The notes beneath the pieces are model-generated. The model worked only from the letters and a program-made list of their open reading frames with translations. It made no database searches and had not been told where the DNA came from. A program made the position numbers and the translations under genes. Below, piece after piece: positions 53,401-62,400 of a stretch of 64,000 nucleotides of DNA (its first letter is position 1; the number at the start of each line of letters is the position of its first letter). The stretch is taken from contig NC_059432.1 of assembly GCF_021028975.2 (NCBI RefSeq), forward strand, positions 36,332,001 to 36,396,000, given 5' to 3'. This stretch comes from Sphaerodactylus townsendi. Taxonomy: Eukaryota.

Positions 53401-56400
53401 TTGCACTTGCTGCACACTTTTGATTCTTCAAAATTGTTCAACTTGATCCTGCAACTACATGTACATTGCATGTACGTTACATATCCATGGAATCTCTAGG
53501 ACAGAGGTGTCCAACTCTGGTGCTTCAGATGTTCATGGACTACAATTCCCATCAGCCCCTGCTGGCATGGCCAATTGCCATCAGGGGCTGATGGGAATTG
53601 TAGTCCATGAACATCTAAAGCACCAGAGTTGGACACCTCTGCTCTAGGGTATCAATGTGAGGCAGCTGAAGCCAAGCATGATCCACAGTATCAAGTTACC
53701 GAGACCTGAACTTGGTCTAAGCCAGTTCCTATCCCAGCATAGCACTGCTATTAGACACCAAGTGAAACCTATGGCATAGTTATGCAGATAAGGAGGTGGA
53801 GCATGCTTGGTTTTCAGAGGCTCCCCATTGAGAACTGTGTATATGAAGTGCCATCAAGTCACACAGACTTATGGCAACTTAGTAGGATTTTCAAGGCAAG
53901 AGACTAACAGAGGTGGTTGCATAGCAACCCAGGACTGGCAGTCTCCCATCCAAGTACTAACTAGGACTGACCCTGCTTAGCTTCTGAGGTCTGATGAGAT
54001 CAGGCTAGCCTGGGCCATTCAGGTCAGGGCACTGAAAACTACTGATATATAAAATATTCTTCAGCTGATGAGAGGCAAACACTAAAGCTAAGATACAAAT
54101 ATTATGGTTGATTTCACAGCTGGCAGTTCTTTAGCCGGTTGTTGGCCTTTCATTACAATTCGAGCCTCACCCAGAGGCCTAGGAAATTGTAATTTATCGG
54201 CGTAGTATTTGCGCTGATCCCAGCAGGGATGCCTTCTGTATCTGACAGAGAAGATCACTAAATACCACGATTTGAAAATCGAGCTTCAGCATCTATGGCA
54301 CAAACCTGCTGAGGTCATCCCAGTGGTAATAGGCACCCTGGGCACCATTCCGAAAACACTGGGACAGCACTTGAAACACCTTCAATTTGACAAAATCAAC
54401 ATCTGTCCGATACAAGTATTATATATAAGTAAACTGTATTGTAGTTTAGTTACAACATTAACATGTGCCGTTATTCAAACAGGAATATTTTATGTCTATG
54501 TGCTGGTCACGGGTGTGATAAAAGCCGCTGAAAGCATTTTGTTTTGTTTTATGTTCATATTACAACTATTTAGAGACAGTTACCCAACTAACCTGCTCCA
54601 AACCGATTTTACAATAGCTAATGCAAGCCTGGCTTAACTTTAACGTAAGAATGGAAATCTTATCTAATTACATTATCACTACCTTTCCCTATTTTCTAAT
54701 TAAAGAATAAAAATAAACAGTCTTTTGTTTTAACTGTGGAACTGCAGTATGGTGAAACGTACATTGTATATGCAGTAAAAGTTAAATAAAATGACTCAGA
54801 ATAGTTTCAATAGGGTTCCTCCAATATCAGTGATTCTTTCACTTCCTATATAAAAAATGTGGTAGCAACTAATTTAAGATTCCTCTGAAAACTAGAGAAA
54901 AATCTTGTCACTCCCTCAGACAGGAAACAAATCTTTCAGAAGTACTTTTCTGGAATTATGAAGTAGAACTACTGGTACTTTGTGCCACTTCAATAGACAT
55001 AGAATTTGTTACATGAACAAAAATGTTATATTTTTTGCAATGTTATAAAGAGTGATGGGCCCATTTTTTTTGTCAAGACAATTCATTCAGAAAGAACCAT
55101 CTGTCTGCTTAAAACCACAATAAAATTGCTCATCTACCTACTGAGGTAATGAAAAAAAAATCTAAACTAAGTTCAGTTTTACCCCTGTTGTGGTTAGCTT
55201 ACTTATTTCATTTCCCATTAATGAGTAAGATCAGAGCAAAATATATTTCAAGAGAAGAATCCAAACATGAAAAAATCCCAACAATATACACAGATGATCT
55301 CTTTGATGCAGAACTAAAATAAGATTATAAGTTTAAGCATATTGCTTCATCAGATCAAGATAACAATAGAACTACCAATTGATACAATATTCAGTTTGTA
55401 AATGCACTTGCAAATTCCTTGTGAATTTCCATCATCATACAAAGGTAGGATATTGTTGCTTAAATTGTCACAACAATCACTATTGGATAATTCCAAAAAA
55501 ATTGTATTTATCTACTAGGAGAGTTTATGGTATAAAAGGACAACTGAGATTTCCAAAATAAAGCCTCTCTCACTTACTCTGATTTCCCTCTTTAAGACAA
55601 AGAATATCCCCAAAGCCACAGCCGAAAGATTTTTTTTGTAGAAATCACTGTTAGCATCACCAGTGGTTCTGTGATAACTATGGGCAATGATAATACAGGG
55701 ATGCAAGGGCTGGGACCAAACATAAAAATTACAGGCAGAAAGTTACTGGCTGGACATTAGAAAATAAATGTTTACAATAAGAATAGTTCAGCAGTGGAAT
55801 CGGGCCGGCTACTTAAGGACGTGGAGAACTGCCACTCTCCAGCAGTCTTCAAGCAGCAGCAGCTAGACAAACACTTGTAAGGGATGTTCAAGGATGATCC
55901 TTCATGGAGCAAGGGGCTGGACTACATGGCCTGTATGCTCCTTCTAACTCCATAATTCTACAATTCTATGTATTTAGTTACACTTGATGTGAACATGGAC
56001 AGAAGCACTGGATACCCAGTTGTCTTGTCCCGCTCTCTTTCCTTTTCCCATTGACCCCTTGTTTATCCTTATCCAAGTTTCACCATTAAGTCTCCACCTG
56101 CATTCAATGTCAAGTAAGCTTGTAACTCAGAACTTTGAAGTTTGAAACCAGCTTCAAACCAGAATTCCAAACGCTAATGACGGCCAGCCTGAAGAGATCA
56201 GAAAGTTTCCCAAACTGTACTACTGTGTATAGTTTGCTGTGGGCTGGCTCCTGCTGTGCAATTTTGCCTCATTTAATATGCCATCAAATGTGTCATTATG
56301 CTTCACTTCGGTTCGGTTTTTAAAACTTCTGGTTAGATCTACAACCCAAATCCTATTTTATTGCTTACTGAATGTCCCATCTTGTTGATTATACTGACTC

Positions 56401-59400
56401 ATTCTGTATAATACACCTTGAATCCCAGTAAGGTAGACTATAAATAATATAAACAAATAAATTAATTCACGTTCAATCCTAGTGAGAAAAGTAGACTTTA
56501 TTGTAAATAAACAAGCAAATAAATTAATTCACCTTGATAAATAAATCCACTGACTATGGTCAATACTGATAGAAACATAACATTGAAATATAGTTTAGAA
56601 TAGTGGGAGAAAAAAGGAACTTTTAAACTTGGCTCAAATGGTTGGTGCCCCTGAACTTCTTTACTTAGTAAATATTTTAAAGCAACAGAAGAACCTTGGC
56701 TCAGTGTTTGACTATTTTGTTGTGAATGATCAACACTTCCACAAGAGTGCACTTGGGTAACTTACTTACATTATCCAATCAAATACCCACTTAGCTTCAT
56801 TGTGCTTACAAAGGTTATATGAGCTTTCATTAATGTAGAGCAGACCACTGAACCTTAAACGTGGCTGGCAAGGAAGCAAGCACGCTTGAACATACTTTTA
56901 GAGCATAGGTAGGTTTTAAGGAATTTGTGGGTAGCTTCCCCACAGAAAAGATCAACCATCAGACATGTGCAAAGAACAAAACAAATTAAGAACTATACAC
57001 ATACCAGAACTGAATAAATATGCAAGCATCTGTACACTGGAGAAAAATCTACTAGATCATGAGCTGTCAGAACCTGTAGGAAACAAGAAGAAAGAACAAC
57101 TATAATACTGCATGACAACTCAAAATTGGTGTTAGAAATTCAGATCAATAAGCTGGACAGATCACCTGCAGATGAACATTTACCCAGCTGTTGTAGCAAA
57201 TGTGTTCAGGCCCGTATTACTAAGAGGCTAGTTCAGGGATCTGCAACTTGCGGCTCTCCAGATGTTTATGGACTACAAATCCCATCAGCCCCTGCCTGAA
57301 CATCTGGAGAGTCGCAGGTTGCAGACACCTGGGCTAATTACTCAAACTTTATGCATATGACAAGAAAGCAATAGGAAATGTGATAAAAGCACTTTTTAAA
57401 ATCAAGGTAAAATCTATTAACATTTTGGACTATTCATGAAGAGAAAAGGAAATAATGGTAGGAACAGCCAAAAACATAGTATATACTAGGTTTCTGAAAT
57501 GTATTATCACTTTCACACAAACAATCACACACACATCTGCTTTCAGACCTCCTTGAAAAACAAAAAGGAGTCTTGTGGCACCTTAAAGGCTAACAAAGTT
57601 TATTTAACATTAGTCATGTGGTACCTTAAAGACTTCTATTTACTTTTGCTTTAACAGACTAAGCTTACTACCTCTCTGGACATATCATGAATGCTCTTCT
57701 TTGCATTACAAAAGTAAAATGGATCTACAGAAATGCATGCTATTACAATATAACCTGCAATATGATCTATTTTTTCCAAGTTTAGACATACATCTACAGA
57801 CAAGCATTAGCACCAGATTAAATAGTCATGCTGTCACTGAGTATCTTCTGCTGTTTTACAGCAGCTGAAACAGAACAGCTAGTTGTTTAAGTGCAGAGCA
57901 GACTAAGGCCTGGTCCACTCATGCAAGAAATAAGGCAGCAGAGCCCTCCAGTGACAGAACAGATTACGTTACTTCAGATGGCAAATTATAGATTCTGGCT
58001 CTGAAAATTCCTTTTAATAAAGGGGGAAAGGGTCCCTGAAAAGCAGATTTGCAGCAGGAACAAAGACACCTGTATCCCTTTTTCTGCTTGCCATGCTGAA
58101 TTTCCACTTGCAGGGAATGTTTATTCTGAACTGTGGGCTTCCAGCTGCAGTTGGATATAGTGCATTCTACCACTGTGTTCTTCTGCATGTTAGCCAAGTA
58201 TGATACTTGTTTGCTTAAATAGTTGCCTCCCTCCTTCCTCGTTTCCTTTTTCAAGGCAAGCTACTTTTAAATCTGAGGTGAGCTGTTCAGAGGAAAAATG
58301 GTACATTTCACTTGGTCCCTTAAGGAGGCTTGGAAACTCTTTGGATCCTCTGTTTTCCTGCATCTGAAAACCACTTGACAAGTTTCAGTATCCCACCTCT
58401 CCATTTCAGGAGCAATTAAAGTATTCAGCTAAAAAGTAATTGTTTGAAATACCTCAGCTTCGTGTTCCTCTTCTTCTTCAAGGTTTTGCTTTAAAACCAT
58501 TTCATTTCTTGTTTCTGGAACACCGTCATTATTTATGTACATATTTCTCCCATAGCTCTGTTTCTGTAGAGCAGCATTAAAGGTTTTCTGCTGCTGTGCC
58601 TGCATTACCAAAAGGTACATTAAATATTTTTTTAAAAAATCTCCCACAAGTTTCAGCTATGATCATAATAAACATGATCAGGAAGGTAGAAGATTTTTAT
58701 CTCTAACCAGCAAAGTCACTGAAGACAATGCTATTTGTTAGATGCTAAATGCAAAGACACAAAGAGAAAAACTACACAGAAATACCAGGAAAAGCTTGCT
58801 GACAAACAGCTATAAAGAAGGGGGGTGGGGGTTTGGCGGCCGATGGATGAGAGAAGAAATTTCAAGCAGGCAGCAGCCACCTCCAAACATTGCTTGCCAT
58901 TCAAACCCTATGGCGTCACTACAAGCTCGCTGTGACTTGTCAGTACTTTCCACAGTCAGTACACAATATGGGAATGGATGCCGTCCCTCCCACGGTCCCC
59001 TTTCCCCTGTGCCTGCTACCTCCCTAGCTCTTTCTGAACTTGGAGCCCAACTGGCACAAAACAAGACCACATTCCATATCCCAGTGTTTGACACTGACAC
59101 AACGAAGGCAGGGTGTGCTACTGTCAGGTCTAGGCTATCCACGAAAAAAAGAGGAGAAATAAGGAAGGAAAAAATAGTTCAAAGGAAATTAAATTTTCCA
59201 TTCCATGCACCCAAGCAAAACTTCCAAAATGAATTCGCATCGCAAATTCTAATTCAGTAATAAATTTGGCAGATAAAAGAGGGAAAGATGCTCACCACCA
59301 TACACACTATATCAGCATTAGATGCAGGTTCTCATACAGGACTGATTTGCATGATTCTTGTCCCTATGTAAGGTGAAGGGGAAAGGCTGTGCAAATCAGG

Positions 59401-62400
59401 ATCCATGTAGAGTGTAGAGTATATATGTAACAGGTAGGAGGCACCTGTGCCATTCCTCTAATACACAAAGCATGTATGACGAGAGGTTGAATTATTAGTT
59501 GCCCTGCAGCCGAATATCACATTTAATGGCAGCAAGTTTGGTTAGATTTCAATTATACCTGTTTCATTGCTGTTTCGCCGATTTTATCTGAATGCTTCCG
59601 GATACTCTCTAGGAAGTCCTTAAGATCAGACATGGAAATTTCTTTAATTTCTTCACGAAGTTTCGGAAGGTTTTCGATCATTATTTGGCAAAACCGATAC
59701 TGACTAACTCGAGGAAAGCATATGTTCTCAAGCTGTTCCATAGTTTTTAAAGCAGAGTAATATCTGAAAAGAAGAAGCAAGAGACGTTTAGGGGTCCCCT
59801 CCCCCTCAAAAACACTAACTACATGTAACAGTTTTTTAATGTGAATGTGATCAAAACAAATTATGGTAAATATATCCACAACATACATGGCTCATTTGCA
59901 ATTAGTACATGCAAACTGGACCCGGTGTGACACTGGCAAAGCAAAGAGTTATCCTGTGAAACTTGGTTCAGGTTTAGCATCTTGTTTAAAGGGTCTCGCA
60001 ACCCATGCAAAGTAGCTACGTATGCTTAGTTAGCAGACCAGCAAAAGAGCCACCAGGGTTTCAGATTTCTGGCACGCAAATTAAGCACGCATAGCTGCTT
60101 TGCACGGGGTTGCAGCGCAGCTTAAACAAGATGCTGAGCCCGTGAAAAGTCGAACAGCAAAGTGCTTTAGTGCACATTTAAAATGAAAGCAGCTGTCACC
60201 CTTATCAGTCTCAAAAGAAAACAGTTAGCAAAAGTGGGTTTTATATCTTAGATATTTTCTAAAATAGTCCGATCTACAAGCAGCAGATCTCAATCAGAAG
60301 TTGTGGGGTTTTTTCCCAAGGGAGGAGAGTGTGGGGGAGAGTGTCAGACTGGAATCTGACAGTCCCACATTTGAAACCCACCCCAATAGTTTACATTGGT
60401 TCCCCACATGGTGTTGTTTAGTGGTAGAAACAATTAATGAGATTTTGTATTTAAAGCACATTTAATAAAGTAAGTTTCATTATTTTTGTTTCCTTAGTGA
60501 CTCAATTTGCTGTCCACTCTTCCTTGAAGTAGTTCAAGGCTATTGTACACAAATTATTTATTTTTACCTTAACAATCTGGTAGGATTGGCATAGGCTGCA
60601 TGACTTTTAAAATCACTATACCACATTAGTACCAAATTACTATACTGGCAAGATTGGCACTGCTCGTGTTCTTCCTGTTTCTTGATTATCTATACAACAA
60701 GGCCGGCTCCGGAAGCTGAAACTATTTTACAGGTTTTCTTATGCACTAAACTCTGTTCCGCCCAAAGATGATAATTTGGTCAATTGAGGTACAGCAATTG
60801 AGAAAACTGTCTGTTTCCACTTTAGAATACAGTAGCAAATGAATATGAGAATTATCATTAATGTTCACATACTGCCTTTGTTAAAGCCATTATTTTATGA
60901 ATTATTGAACACAGTACTTTGATACCAGAGCCTTTATGCCAAAATATATATTTTAGTTTCAAACTTTCAGACAGATAGGGGGGTAGGGAACAGGGCTAAG
61001 TAAGCACTGGGACTCAGGCAAAGCATTCTACAACCAAGAAGGTCCTACATGCTTTGCTTTATGGCAGAAGAATATACAATCTACTATCATCCTTCGTATA
61101 ACACAGTACAGCCGCTACCGACAAAGAATTAGAAGCTTCGCATGTAACTTCTAATGTACAGCCATTCATTAATATTCCGTGCCTCTAAATACACACTGTT
61201 AAATAAAGAGGTTATTCTTTGGAAACCTAATGGAGCTATACATGGTTGCAGCCTGAGTGGCCCTGCTTTCTTCTTACTCCTGATCTCTGCTAGAGTCCTT
61301 TAGCGAGGGGTGCAGAGGCTTCCTGAGAATGCCAGTGTTTGGTCAAGGTGAAGCAGGTGACCCTTAGGACTGCCCTGTAAATCAAATAATTCTGCCTTCC
61401 AAACTGTACTAAGACAAGAACTTCAAGGGTTGCCTTATATTACATTACAGTATTCCAAATAAGCTGGGCATTCCACTAAGATGAACTCCCACTGCATGGC
61501 AAAGTCATTTCAGGCTGAAAGACAGATGCTCTTGTTGTCTGCCTAGTAAATACACTGGTTGTAAATATTTCCTACAAACATGTACAATATTTTTATTAGG
61601 AACTTATAATTCAAGTACAGTAGTTTACCTTTTCTTTAATTAAAATCAATTTTGGTTAACAGCCCTAAGATGTAGAACACTTGCTGTCAGGACAGTGTGT
61701 ACTAAAAAATTATGCTGTTACATATATGACCAGTTGGATATCGAAAGAAAGGAAACATTTATTTAAATAAATTTGGAATATATTTGGGTGGTCAGGAGAT
61801 CTGCACCAGTTATGAGCTCTATATATTGGAATATATTGGAATATATTTGGGTGGTCAGGAGATCTGCACCAGTTATGAGCTCTATATACACAATTCAGGT
61901 ATCACAAAAGCATTGTTAAATTGTTGCTTCTGATGTCTCATGCCTCATTTAAAGTTACAACAGCATTCACCAGAAAAGTGGACACAATTTAAAAACAGGT
62001 GTTTTTTCTGTTACATTATTTCCACAAGAGATGAATCCAGAACACAAAGTATTCTGTCTTATTATCAGTTATTTAAGAAGTCAAGAAAACCAGGGCTACA
62101 TATATCACACACACACACAGAGAGAACATGCATTCTAAAGCAAGAAAAGCTGAATTCGGCTTTTAAAAGAATTAAGCAACTTTGCATGTTATCATGTTTG
62201 AATAATTCATTGTTTCATGATGACCCAGATGTCCCCTTGCCCATCCACTGCAAATCCTACCCAGATTCTGAGATTGCAGAAAGCATTACCTATTCATTTT
62301 CAGGCAAATCATCACATCTAAACTAGATGTGACTAGAAACTGTTTGTTTTTAAATCATAGGATTCTAAGGAAACTGAATTAGGTGTTAATTCTACATTCT

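Noticed and set aside
58742-59260. 172-aa plus-strand ORF and overlapping 110-aa minus-strand ORF
   Set aside because: Intronic, no recognisable domain or splice support; treated as chance ORFs, though no homology search was possible
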